Below, one piece after another: positions 10,549 to 20,051 of a stretch of 60,940 nt of DNA (its first letter is position 1; every line of letters begins with the position of its first letter). The stretch comes from an uncultured Planctomycetia bacterium (GTDB taxonomy: Bacteria > Omnitrophota > Gorgyraeia > 2-02-FULL-51-18). Under the pieces are notes generated by a model. The model did no database searches and had not been told where the DNA came from. It saw only the letters and a list, made by a program, of their open reading frames with translations. Both the position numbers and the translations under genes were made by a program. The DNA lies in the NCBI GenBank assembly GCA_964402785.1, contig CAYODQ010000006.1, positions 1 to 60,940 on the forward strand. Reading direction: 5' to 3'.

Positions 10549-11025
10549 GTGGTTATGGGTGGGATATGGGATGCGATCCGCAATTTTTTTACGGGTGATC
10601 GCGAAAGTCAGGGAAATGGGGAGGGTGGCAACAGGATCTATGTGGGCAATTTAAGCTACAAAGTCAAAGAGGAAGAGCTGAAGAGTCTTTTTTCAAAATA
10701 CGGCAAGGTTCGAGCGCTTCATCTGATCCGCGACAAGATGACAAGGCGGCTCAAGGGGTATGCGTTTGTGGAGCTAGAGTCTTCCGACAATACTAAGGCG
10801 TTAGAGTTGAACGGCAAAGAATTTCTTGGGCGAAAATTGGTCGTCTCGATCGCCAAAGTTAAAAATACCGGCCGTCCTTTCTCGCCACGCCGCTCTAGAG
10901 GAGGCGCTCCGTCAGGAACTGGCGGCCAAAACAGCCGTTGGAATAAAAAGCGTCGCAGCGGGCCTCGCGTGTATGGAGCCGGTGAGACAGCGAGCGGTGA
11001 TACGCCTATTCAGCGTTACGAATAA
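10549..11025 (+). CDS. RNA-binding protein (single RRM) with basic Gly/Arg tail
   Basis: RNP2 IYVGNL and RNP1 KGYAFVEL; AAGGAGG RBS. Confidence 0.9.
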   Translation: MVMGGIWDAIRNFFTGDRESQGNGEGGNRIYVGNLSYKVKEEELKSLFSKYGKVRALHLIRDKMTRRLKGYAFVELESSDNTKALELNGKEFLGRKLVVSIAKVKNTGRPFSPRRSRGGAPSGTGGQNSRWNKKRRSGPRVYGAGETASGDTPIQRYE

Positions 11026-11039
11026 ATCATAGGAGATTT

Positions 11040-12419
11040 ATGAAATATAGATGCTTAGCGTTATTTCTCGTTGCGTTTATTTTTTTAAGCCCTGTTGCCA
11101 ACGCCGAAGATTTTTATTGTGAAGTGTTGGGCGTGGAGGGGAGCGCCACATTGACACGTTCTTCCGATGCGCCAAAAGCGATCGAAGAAGGTGATATTCT
11201 TCAAGTGGATGATGCGATTGAAGTGGCCGAAGGCGGATATGTGGATATTTCTTATGATAAGGATTGGAGCAATGTCACTCGCGTGGAAGAAAAGTCCAAG
11301 ATCGTCATCAAGGCGATTTACCCAACGACGATAGACCTTGAAGAAGGTGGGGTTTACGCAAAATTAAAGGCTCTACCAAAAGACTCCACGTTCGAGGTTA
11401 AAACGCCCACAGCAATTGCCAGTGTACGCGGGACAGAGTATCGCACCACCGTTATTAGCGGAGAAACCGAGATCTACAACCTGTCAGAGTCCAATGTTTA
11501 TGTTTATGGTTTTGATCAGGCGGGAACAAGGCAGGCGGAGCCAGTCGTTTTAGCTAATTCCCAAAAAACACATGTTGTGCAAAAGGGTCATCCGCCGGTG
11601 GCTCCTCGAGCCATGGAGCAGAGGGATTTTAAGCCTGCCGAGATGTTGCGACAAGGTGTCGAGCGGAAGATCCAGGATAATGTGTCTCGAGGGCGCGTTG
11701 GAAAGATCCAAGACGTTAAGGCTGTCGAGCAGTTTCACCAAAAGCAGCATCTTGAAGGTAGACAGGGCGAGAGTAATAAAGTATTCACGGATAAGGATAT
11801 CCAATCTGGTCGATCCGAAGCTTTGCGCTCCGATGGGCCGAGTGATGGTTCGCGCGCAAAGCGAGAGCCGCTTGAGCCGATGTCTGCTGATGCCGCGCGT
11901 GATCGTGTCCAACAGATGACCGGATCTGGGCATGGCGCCTCTGACCGGGAAGGTATTGGGCAAGCTCCGGAGGAGTCCCGCAGCACGAACGCTAATAAAT
12001 TTAATGAGGGTCGCAGTGTTTTTGCCGGTGAAAGATCGCATGAGGGATCTGATCGTTCTGAGAGAGGTGAGTCATTTGAAGGGCGCGGTCTTGGCCAGCC
12101 GTATTTTCCGAGCGATGAACATAGTCGATCGGGCGGGCCTGAGCCGGCCGGATTTCCTTCAGATAGATGGAAAAGTGGATTTGAAGATAAAGGAAAAGAA
12201 GCTTCCGTTGGACAGAATTTTGATGCAAATCGTGAGCGCCACGAACCTATGGGCTCTGATGGATCCGGTGGGCCCGGGCGAGTTCATGACGGCGGGCAGC
12301 AGAACCAGCATAATCGCCAAGGCGGATCGGGTCAAGAAAACCGCCAAGGTGGCGGCCAGAAGCAGGGCGGCGGACAAAATCGTGGCGGTGCAGGTCGTCC
12401 GTCAGGACCAAGAAAATAA
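11040..12419 (+). CDS. Exported FecR-domain protein with low-complexity C-terminal tail
   Basis: Signal peptide ending VANA; FEVKTPTAIASVRGT FecR motif; G/Q/R/S/E-rich tail. Confidence 0.8.
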   Translation: MKYRCLALFLVAFIFLSPVANAEDFYCEVLGVEGSATLTRSSDAPKAIEEGDILQVDDAIEVAEGGYVDISYDKDWSNVTRVEEKSKIVIKAIYPTTIDLEEGGVYAKLKALPKDSTFEVKTPTAIASVRGTEYRTTVISGETEIYNLSESNVYVYGFDQAGTRQAEPVVLANSQKTHVVQKGHPPVAPRAMEQRDFKPAEMLRQGVERKIQDNVSRGRVGKIQDVKAVEQFHQKQHLEGRQGESNKVFTDKDIQSGRSEALRSDGPSDGSRAKREPLEPMSADAARDRVQQMTGSGHGASDREGIGQAPEESRSTNANKFNEGRSVFAGERSHEGSDRSERGESFEGRGLGQPYFPSDEHSRSGGPEPAGFPSDRWKSGFEDKGKEASVGQNFDANRERHEPMGSDGSGGPGRVHDGGQQNQHNRQGGSGQENRQGGGQKQGGGQNRGGAGRPSGPRK

Positions 12420-12438
12420 GTTTGTGCATATCTATCCC

Positions 12439-12467
12439 TTGACAAGCTTTGTTCAGGGTGATAGAAT
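12439..12467 (+). promoter_or_regulatory. sigma70 promoter of rplM-rpsI
   Basis: TTGACA-17 nt-TAGAAT with extended -10 TG. Confidence 0.8.
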
Positions 12468-12491
12468 CTGCGCTTTTCTGTGAGGAGAACT

Positions 12492-12929
12492 GTGAAAACA
12501 TATTTTGCAACGGATAAAGAATTTAGCGTTAAGAAGTGGCAGGTTGTCGATGCCAAGGGTCAGGTTGTGGGCAGGCTCGCAGCTCGTATTTCGCGTATTT
12601 TGATGGGGAAGAACGAACCCACTTTTACTCCTCATGTGGATACGGGCGCAGGTGTCATCGTTGTCAACGCGGCGCAGGTGCGCATGACGGGTGATAAGCC
12701 CAAGACAAAGCTTTACAAGGCATTCTCGGGATTTCCTGGCGGCTTGAAGGAAAGAACTTTTGAGCGCGTCATGAAAGAGGATCCAACGTATGTGATCAAG
12801 CATGCGGTCAAAGGAATGTTGCCTAAATCTAGGTTGGGAATGAAAATGATCACGCATCTTCTGATCTATGCTGGTGAGCAGCACCCGCATGAAGCGCAGA
12901 AGCCAAAAAAGCTCGCCATAAAGGATTAG
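12492..12929 (+). CDS. rplM: 50S ribosomal protein L13
   Basis: W.VVDA.G.VVGRLA, PTFTPHVDTG, AVKGMLPK; GTG 12492 follows the GAGGAG RBS. Confidence 0.96.
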   Translation: MKTYFATDKEFSVKKWQVVDAKGQVVGRLAARISRILMGKNEPTFTPHVDTGAGVIVVNAAQVRMTGDKPKTKLYKAFSGFPGGLKERTFERVMKEDPTYVIKHAVKGMLPKSRLGMKMITHLLIYAGEQHPHEAQKPKKLAIKD

Positions 12930-12932
12930 TCT

Positions 12933-13325
12933 ATGTCAGAAGTGAAATTTACAGCTACAGGCCGCAGAAGGGAAGCGACCGCCCGAGTGAAGATTCAAAA
13001 AGGCACAGGGCAGGTTCAGGTTAATAAGAAAAATTTGGTGGATTATTTTACGAGACCCACACTGCGCATGCTTGTAAAACAGCCGCTGGAAGCTGTCAGT
13101 CTGACGCAGAAAGTTGACGTAGTTGCCAACGTTCGAGGGGGCGGTCTCGCTGGTCAAGCAGGCGCCGTTCGCCATGCAATTTCACGCGCCCTTGTAGAAT
13201 ACGATATCACCCTCAAAGGTCTTTTGCGCAAGGGCGATTTCTTGACACGCGATCCCCGTATGAAAGAACGTAAGAAGTACGGTCAGCGCGGTGCGCGTCG
13301 TCGCTTCCAGTTCTCGAAGAGGTAG
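12933..13325 (+). CDS. rpsI: 30S ribosomal protein S9
   Basis: ATGRRREATARV, GGGLAGQAGA, LTRDPRMKERKKYG, QFSKR. Confidence 0.97.
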   Translation: MSEVKFTATGRRREATARVKIQKGTGQVQVNKKNLVDYFTRPTLRMLVKQPLEAVSLTQKVDVVANVRGGGLAGQAGAVRHAISRALVEYDITLKGLLRKGDFLTRDPRMKERKKYGQRGARRRFQFSKR

Positions 13326-13369
13326 GCACAATAAGGACAAGTCTAAAAAAATATATTTTGTTGTAAGTG

Positions 13370-13412
13370 TAATAAAGGCCGAGACTTGTGCTCGGCCTTT
13401 ATTATTTATTTT
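13370..13412. terminator. Intrinsic terminator, potentially bidirectional
   Basis: TAATAAAGGCCGAG-loop-CTCGGCCTTTATTA followed by a T-rich run. Confidence 0.8.
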
Positions 13413-13440
13413 TGACACAGAAGTTAATTGGCACTATAAT
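13412..13440 (+). promoter_or_regulatory. Perfect-consensus sigma70 promoter of the arg-dap-pan cluster
   Basis: TTGACA-17 nt-TATAAT. Confidence 0.9.
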
Positions 13441-13487
13441 ACAGCCTTCGTTTTTTAATATAAGGATATTTAGAAAAAAATAGCCAA

Positions 13488-14516
13488 ATGATCAAAAAAG
13501 TTAAAGTCGGTGTTGTGGGTGCGACCGGTTACACTGGCGAAGAACTTGTACGCATACTCTCCAATCATCCTCACGCGGAGCTCTCTTACGTATCTGGAAA
13601 AGAAGACCGTGATATTCGTATCCAAGAAATTTTTCCGTATTTAAAAAACAAAGTCGATCTTGAGTGCAAAGCATTTTCAGTGGATGAGGCCATTGATAAA
13701 TGTGATCTTGTTTTTTTGTCGCTACCACATACGGTGTCTATGCAAGTTGCGCCACTTTTTCTCAAGGCCAAGAAAAAAGTTATCGACGTGAGCGCTGATT
13801 ATCGCCTTAAAAGCGAGTCGGCGTATGAAAAATTTTATAAGACAGAGCATAAAGATAAGGTCAATCTAAAGCATGCGGTCTATGGGCTTCCTGAGGTCAA
13901 CCGCGAGAAGATCAAAACAGCAAGCTTGATAGCCAATCCGGGCTGCTATCCCACAGGATCTATTTTGGGTGCGCTGCCAGGTGTTAAAAAAGGCTTGTTC
14001 GATCCGTTCGGTATTATTATAGACGCCAAGAGTGGCGTGACCGGCGCCGGCCGGAAGGCTGAGAAATCTTTCATGTTTCCTGAAGTCAACGAGTCGTTCA
14101 AGGCATATAAATTATTTCAGCATCAGCATGTGCCCGAGATCGATCAGGAGTTGTCGCGCGCAGGCAAGAAAGATGTGAGTGTTGTGTTTGTGCCGCATCT
14201 TCTGCCGATCAATCGCGGGATCCTGAGCACGATGTACGCTCCTATGAAAAAAAAGATGTCGACCGAGGAGTTGATCGCGGTGTACCAGAAATTCTATGCA
14301 GGAGAGCCATTCGTTAAAGTTTATCCGGGGGGCGCGCTACCGGAGATTAAGCATGTCGCTTACACTAATTTTTGCGATATGGGTCTCAAAGTCAATTCAG
14401 AGAAAAATCTAGCCGTGATCGTCACAGCGATCGACAATCTTGGCAAGGGCGCTGCTTCGCAAGCGATCCAGAATATGAACATCATGTGCCGCTTTGATGA
14501 GAGAGCTGGATTCTAA
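13488..14516 (+). CDS. argC: N-acetyl-gamma-glutamyl-phosphate reductase
   Basis: GATGYTG, IANPGCYPT, SGVTGAGR, IDNLGKGA. Confidence 0.96.
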   Translation: MIKKVKVGVVGATGYTGEELVRILSNHPHAELSYVSGKEDRDIRIQEIFPYLKNKVDLECKAFSVDEAIDKCDLVFLSLPHTVSMQVAPLFLKAKKKVIDVSADYRLKSESAYEKFYKTEHKDKVNLKHAVYGLPEVNREKIKTASLIANPGCYPTGSILGALPGVKKGLFDPFGIIIDAKSGVTGAGRKAEKSFMFPEVNESFKAYKLFQHQHVPEIDQELSRAGKKDVSVVFVPHLLPINRGILSTMYAPMKKKMSTEELIAVYQKFYAGEPFVKVYPGGALPEIKHVAYTNFCDMGLKVNSEKNLAVIVTAIDNLGKGAASQAIQNMNIMCRFDERAGF

Positions 14517-14518
14517 GA

Positions 14519-15736
14519 ATGAAAAAGATCAATGGCGGCGTGACGGCGCCCACAGGATTTAAAGCGAGCGGCGTTTATTGCGGCATCAAAAAATCCAAAA
14601 AGAAAGATCTAACTCTGATCGTGTCTGAGCGGCTCTGTGATGCGGCCGGTACGTTCACGTCCAACAAAGTGCAGGCGTCCTGTGTGGTCATCAATAAGGA
14701 TCGTCTCAAAGATGGTAAGGCGCAAGCGATTATAGCCAATTCGGGCAACGCCAATTGTATGACCGGTGAAGCGGGTTTTGAAAACAGCCGAGCCATGGCT
14801 CTCACGGTCTCTCGCGCTTTGGGTATCCAGAAAAAAAACGTTTTAGTGGCGTCTACGGGTGTTATTGGAAAACCCCTTCCGATCACCAAGATCGTCAAAG
14901 CCGTGCCCCAACTACTGAATGATCTCAGTAAAAAGGGCAGTGAGGCCGCGGCTGCAGGAATCCTTACGACTGACCGAGAGATCAAGGAAGTGGCAATGGA
15001 GTTCATGGTTGGAAAGCGTCGCGTGCGCGTTGGGGCTATAGGTAAGGGTGCCGGCATGATCCACCCTCAGATGATATTGCATCGACATGCGACCATGCTT
15101 TGTTTTGTGACCACAGATGCGGCTATAGCGCCAAATGCGTTACGCGATGCCCTCGATAAAGCAGTGCAAAAAACTTTTAATATGATCACGATCGATGGTG
15201 ATATGTCGACGAACGATATGGTGTTAGTGTTGGCCAATGGTATGGCCCAGAATAAGAAGATCGTTGAGAAGACCAAAGAGTTTCGTACATTCACCAAGGT
15301 GCTTGAGACGATATTTCTGGAGATCTGTAAGAAAATGATCCAGGACGCAGAGGGAGCCACAAAATTTGTGGAGATCTTGGTTAAAAATGCTCAAAGTAGA
15401 GAGGATGCGCGGATTGCAGCCAAGTCCGTGGCTAGCTCAAGCCTGGTGAAGTGTGCTTTGTTCGGCTCGGATCCTAATTGGGGTAGGATCGCAGCGGCTA
15501 TCGGATATTCGGGGGCACATGTCGATCCCTGGAAGATGATCATTTATCTAGGCAAAGAGCCTGTCTTGAGAGCCGGTGGACGTGTAAAGCAGAACGCCGC
15601 TTTGCTCAATCGTGTGTTCGCGCAAAAGAATATTAAGATCACGGTCGATTTAGGTTTGGGTAGCTATAGCAGCAGCGCTTATACCTGTGATCTGTCCACC
15701 AATTATGTACGCATCAATTCTGCGTACCGTACTTAG
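14519..15736 (+). CDS. argJ: Glutamate N-acetyltransferase/ornithine acetyltransferase
   Basis: NSGNANC.TG, STGVIG, KGAGMIHP, ATML autocleavage site, DGDMSTND, DPNWGR. Confidence 0.95.
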   Translation: MKKINGGVTAPTGFKASGVYCGIKKSKKKDLTLIVSERLCDAAGTFTSNKVQASCVVINKDRLKDGKAQAIIANSGNANCMTGEAGFENSRAMALTVSRALGIQKKNVLVASTGVIGKPLPITKIVKAVPQLLNDLSKKGSEAAAAGILTTDREIKEVAMEFMVGKRRVRVGAIGKGAGMIHPQMILHRHATMLCFVTTDAAIAPNALRDALDKAVQKTFNMITIDGDMSTNDMVLVLANGMAQNKKIVEKTKEFRTFTKVLETIFLEICKKMIQDAEGATKFVEILVKNAQSREDARIAAKSVASSSLVKCALFGSDPNWGRIAAAIGYSGAHVDPWKMIIYLGKEPVLRAGGRVKQNAALLNRVFAQKNIKITVDLGLGSYSSSAYTCDLSTNYVRINSAYRT

Positions 15737-15762
15737 TTCGGAGTTCGGAGCGGGGAGTTCGG
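15735..15762 (+). repeat. Four-unit AGTTCGG heptamer array
   Basis: AGTTCGG AGTTCGG AGCGGGG AGTTCGG between argJ and argB. Confidence 0.85.
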
Positions 15763-15769
15763 AGGATTT

Positions 15770-16633
15770 ATGGAAGAGATGATCAAAAAAGCAGACGTCC
15801 TTATCGAGGCGCTGCCGTACATACAGAACTTTTACGATAAAACCATCGTTATCAAATACGGTGGCGCTGTTCTCACAGATATCGACATCAGGCGGGACGT
15901 GTTGGAGGATATCGTTTTCTTGAGCTACGTCGGTATGCGGCCGGTATTGGTGCATGGTGGTGGACCTTATATTTCCAAAAGACTTGAAGAGATGGGCAAA
16001 GAGCCGAAATTCGTCAAAGGTTTTCGGGTCACGGATGAAGAAACGATGGAAGTGGTGGAAGAGGAGCTCTTCAAAGTAAATCGTGAAATAGTCCGGCAGA
16101 TTATATCTTTGGGCGGCAGCGCTATTTCTTTGTCGGGCAAGGACGATCATTTGATCGAGGTCAAGAAGCATGCGGAGATCGATGGCCAGGATATTGGTTT
16201 TGTCGGGGACATCACAAAGGTCAATGCAGATATCATCCAGCGCATGATCACAAGTGACATTATTCCGGTCATCACACCTATCGGTATCGGAAAAGACGGG
16301 TTTACTTACAATATCAACGCCGATCAGGCATCGGCTGAAATTGCGCGGGCACTGGGAGCGATCAAGCTGGCTCTCCTGACCAATGTGCATGGTGTTTTGA
16401 GGGATGCGGCTGATCCGACATCCGTTATCTCACATATCAATATTGCGGAGATCGAGGATCTGATGCAGAAACAAATTATTTCAGGCGGTATGATCCCTAA
16501 GGTCAAGGCTTGCATGCGCGCCTTGGAGAAGGGTGTCAAAAAGATCCACATCATCAACGGCAAGATCCCGCACGGGCTGCTGTTGGAGATCTTTACGGAT
16601 AAAGGTATTGGTACTGAGATCGTGAAGCGCTGA
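15770..16633 (+). CDS. argB: Acetylglutamate kinase
   Basis: EALPYI, VIKYGG, VHGGGP, NINAD, GGMIPK. Confidence 0.96.
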   Translation: MEEMIKKADVLIEALPYIQNFYDKTIVIKYGGAVLTDIDIRRDVLEDIVFLSYVGMRPVLVHGGGPYISKRLEEMGKEPKFVKGFRVTDEETMEVVEEELFKVNREIVRQIISLGGSAISLSGKDDHLIEVKKHAEIDGQDIGFVGDITKVNADIIQRMITSDIIPVITPIGIGKDGFTYNINADQASAEIARALGAIKLALLTNVHGVLRDAADPTSVISHINIAEIEDLMQKQIISGGMIPKVKACMRALEKGVKKIHIINGKIPHGLLLEIFTDKGIGTEIVKR

Positions 16634-16635
16634 CC

Positions 16636-17853
16636 ATGGATTTTCGCAAAACCATCAGACTTTATTATGATTACGTTGTCCCATCTTATGCCAAATTTCC
16701 TTTGGTCATGGAGCGCGGGAAGGGCTGTCGTGTTTGGGACGCTCAAGGTGACGAGTATTTGGATTTCTTTCCGGGTTGGGCGGTCAGCGGTTTAGGCCAC
16801 TGCCATAGACGGGTTGTCGAAGCCATTAAGCGCCAGGCCGAGAGACTGATACACGTTTCCAATAATTATTATCATGAGCAGCAGGCGCTCTTGGCGGAGA
16901 CGATCATTCGGCATTCTTTTCCGGGAAAAGTATTCTTCTGTAATTCAGGTGCCGAGGCCAATGAGGCGGCTTTTAAACTCGTGCGCAAATTGGGAAACCC
17001 GGCGCGCAACGAGATCATTGCCATGGAGAAGTCTTTTCACGGCCGCACCATGATGGCTATAGCGGCCACAGGGCAGCAAAAGTTTCAGGACGGATTTCAG
17101 CCTATTCCGCAGGGTTTTAGTCATGTGCCTTTCAACAATATCCAGGCCATCGAAAAAGCCATTACGTCCAAAACGATAGCGGTCATTTTGGAGCCGATCC
17201 AGGGTGAGGGTGGAGTGCGGGCGGCGGATCAGGCTTATATGACCGCTCTCAGACGGCTTTGTAACGACAAAAAGATCTATTTAATATTTGACGAAGTCCA
17301 GACGGGCATGGGGCGAACGGGGCGTATGTTCAGTTTCAAAAATTACGGCGTTGAGCCGGATGTTATGACGCTCGCCAAGTCTCTGGGCGGAGGATTTCCG
17401 ATAGGGGCGATGGTGGCACGTAAGGAGATAGCGGATACGCTCCAGCCCGGTACTCATGCTACGACTTTTGGAGGAGGGCCTTTGGCATGCGCGGCTGCAT
17501 TGGCAGTGTTTGAAGCGATCGAAAAGGAGAAGCTTTTAAATCAAACAGTTGTGCAAGGCGCTTATTTGCTTAAAAAACTTCAGGCGCTTAAGAAAAAGTT
17601 CAGCATCATTCATGAAGTTCGCGGTACCGGGCTTATGCTGGGTGTCGAGCTTACCATCGAAGGCAAGTCGATCTATGAGGAATGCGTCAAACGGAAATTG
17701 TTGATCAATTGCACACAAGGAAATGTGCTGCGTATTATGCCGCCGCTGGTGGTGAAGGAGAAGGAGATAGACCGCGCGCTTGAAATACTGGAAGAAGTGC
17801 TTGCCGCGGAACAGGACAAATGTTTGACCAAGGAAGGGAGCAAGTCCAAATGA
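16636..17853 (+). CDS. argD: Acetylornithine aminotransferase
   Basis: NSGAEANE, SFHGRT, DEVQTGMGRTG, LAKSLGGG (PLP Lys); arg cluster context. Confidence 0.93.
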   Translation: MDFRKTIRLYYDYVVPSYAKFPLVMERGKGCRVWDAQGDEYLDFFPGWAVSGLGHCHRRVVEAIKRQAERLIHVSNNYYHEQQALLAETIIRHSFPGKVFFCNSGAEANEAAFKLVRKLGNPARNEIIAMEKSFHGRTMMAIAATGQQKFQDGFQPIPQGFSHVPFNNIQAIEKAITSKTIAVILEPIQGEGGVRAADQAYMTALRRLCNDKKIYLIFDEVQTGMGRTGRMFSFKNYGVEPDVMTLAKSLGGGFPIGAMVARKEIADTLQPGTHATTFGGGPLACAAALAVFEAIEKEKLLNQTVVQGAYLLKKLQALKKKFSIIHEVRGTGLMLGVELTIEGKSIYEECVKRKLLINCTQGNVLRIMPPLVVKEKEIDRALEILEEVLAAEQDKCLTKEGSKSK

Positions 17854-18821
17854 GCAATAAGACTAAATCTAAAAGCAAGGCCGGAAAGCTTTGGCAGTTC
17901 AAGGATTTTCTGAGCATGAAAGAAATCCAGGCCTCTGAGCTCGAAGAGCTTTTTAAGCTTGCCGATAAAATGAAGAAAGCGCCCGACCAGTTCCTGGGCA
18001 AGCTGAGAGGCAAGGCTTTAGCGATGTTATTTCAAAAACCATCGATGCGGACTCGTGTTTCGTTTGAGGTGGGTATGCAAAGCCTGGGCGGTTCGGCTGT
18101 GTACATGGATCCGCAGGAAAATCCGCTCGGTGAGCGCGAGTCTCTGAAGGACATCGCAAGAGTACTTTCTCGTTATTGCGACGGAGTGGTGATCCGGACG
18201 TTTTCGCACGGTGATCTTGAGGAATTTGCCAAACACTGCGCATCACCCGTGATCAATGGCCTAAGCGACTCCTATCATCCTTGCCAAACGTTGGCAGATC
18301 TATTTACGATCCGCGAGAAATTCAAGGCGCTGGATAAGGTGAATATTGCCTATATTGGTGATGGTAACAATGTGCTAAATTCTCTTTTGTACGGCGCGGC
18401 CAAGGTGGGTGCCAATCTAGCGATAGCGCTTCCTCGTGGGTATGAGCCCAGCGAAGAGATCCTGAAAGATATCAAGCTGATATCCAAGGATAGCGGAGCC
18501 AAGATCACTCTATCCAATAACCCTTTTACTGCGATCAAGAATGCACATGTGATCTACACCGATGTGTGGGTGAGCATGGGTCAGGAAAAACAGCGCGATC
18601 AGCGCTTGCGCGATTTCCAGCCTTTTCAGGTAAATGGCGCGATCATCAGCAAAGCACCCAAGGATTCTGTGTTTATGCATTGTCTTCCCGCACATCGCGG
18701 CGAAGAGATCACCGATGAGGTGATCGAGCATCCACGCTCAGCGATCTTCGACCAAGCTGAGAATAGGCTGCACACACAGAAAGCATTGTTGTATTTGCTA
18801 ATGACGGCAAAGCGCAAATAA
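17850..18821 (+). CDS. argF: Ornithine carbamoyltransferase
   Basis: SMRTRVSF, HPCQ, DVWVSMG, HCLP; ATG 17850 overlaps the argD stop (ATGA). Confidence 0.95.
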   Translation: MSNKTKSKSKAGKLWQFKDFLSMKEIQASELEELFKLADKMKKAPDQFLGKLRGKALAMLFQKPSMRTRVSFEVGMQSLGGSAVYMDPQENPLGERESLKDIARVLSRYCDGVVIRTFSHGDLEEFAKHCASPVINGLSDSYHPCQTLADLFTIREKFKALDKVNIAYIGDGNNVLNSLLYGAAKVGANLAIALPRGYEPSEEILKDIKLISKDSGAKITLSNNPFTAIKNAHVIYTDVWVSMGQEKQRDQRLRDFQPFQVNGAIISKAPKDSVFMHCLPAHRGEEITDEVIEHPRSAIFDQAENRLHTQKALLYLLMTAKRK

Positions 18822-18861
18822 CTTTAAACTTCAAACTTCATTTTTAACGAGAGAGGATTCA

Positions 18862-20031
18862 ATGAGGAAAGTCGTTTTAGCGTACTCGGGCGGTTTGGAT
18901 ACATCGGTTGCCATTAAATGGCTAAAAGATAAAGGTTATGAAGTTGTTGCCTACATGGCAGATGTTGGTCAGGAAAAAACGACGAAGGCTGCGATCGAGC
19001 GCGCCAAAGTAGCGGGTGCGGCTAAGGTGGTCGTCCGGGATCTCAAAAAACGATTTGTAGAAGAATATATTTGGCCGGCTCTCAAGGCAGGCGCTGTTTA
19101 TGAAGGTCGATACACGCTGGCAACGGCGCTTTCTCGGCCTCTCATCGCAGCCGAGCAGGTAAAAGTTGCTCATGAAGAAAAGGCAACCGCTGTGGCGCAT
19201 GGATGCACGGGAAAAGGCAATGATCAGGTTCGCTTTGAGGTGACCACGCAGGCGCTGGATAGCTCGCTCGAGATCTGGGCGCCGGTGCGCGAATGGGAAT
19301 TTAAATCACGTGATGAGGAGATCCAGTACGCCGAAAAGCATGGGATTCCGATCGATGTGTCCAAAAAAAGCCCATTTTCCATTGATAAGAATATTTGGGG
19401 TGTCAGCGTTGAAGCGGGTGTTCTAGAAGACCCGAACACCGAGCCGCCCGTCGAGTCATTTCAGTGGACGCGCGGCGCCGAGAAGCGCAATCCTAAGGAG
19501 CGCGTGATCGAGATCGGATTTGAAAAGGGCGTGCCCGTAAGTCTCAATGGACGCAAAATGGAGCCGCTTAAGCTTATTCTTGAGCTCAATGATATGGGTG
19601 CTGAGTACGGCATAGGCCGTATGGATATGATCGAAAACCGCTTGGTGGGTATCAAATCACGCGAAACTTACGAAGCGCCTGCCGCGACGATGCTTTTACA
19701 GGCGCACAAGGATCTGGAGTCTTTGGTTCTCGATCGTGAGCTGCTTCATTATAAAGAGGGCATCTCTCACAAATATGCGGAGCTCGTCTATTATGGTTTG
19801 TGGTTTACGCCGCTGCGCGAAGCGCTCGATGCGTTCATCAATACCACGCAAAAAAAGGTCACAGGACACGTTCGACTCAAATTAAGGAAGTATTCGTCGC
19901 ATGTGGTTGGACGGCGTTCGCCTTATTCGCTGTACAATGAGAGCCTGGCAACATATAGCGCCAAAGACAAGTTTGACCAGAAATTGGCCAAGGGTTTTAT
20001 TGATCTGTGGGCATTGCCGTATAAAAAATAG
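18862..20031 (+). CDS. argG: Argininosuccinate synthase
   Basis: AYSGGLDTS, HGCTGKGNDQVRF, ENRLVGIKSRE. Confidence 0.97.
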   Translation: MRKVVLAYSGGLDTSVAIKWLKDKGYEVVAYMADVGQEKTTKAAIERAKVAGAAKVVVRDLKKRFVEEYIWPALKAGAVYEGRYTLATALSRPLIAAEQVKVAHEEKATAVAHGCTGKGNDQVRFEVTTQALDSSLEIWAPVREWEFKSRDEEIQYAEKHGIPIDVSKKSPFSIDKNIWGVSVEAGVLEDPNTEPPVESFQWTRGAEKRNPKERVIEIGFEKGVPVSLNGRKMEPLKLILELNDMGAEYGIGRMDMIENRLVGIKSRETYEAPAATMLLQAHKDLESLVLDRELLHYKEGISHKYAELVYYGLWFTPLREALDAFINTTQKKVTGHVRLKLRKYSSHVVGRRSPYSLYNESLATYSAKDKFDQKLAKGFIDLWALPYKK

Positions 20032-20051
20032 TTCGGAGTTCGGAGAAAAAA

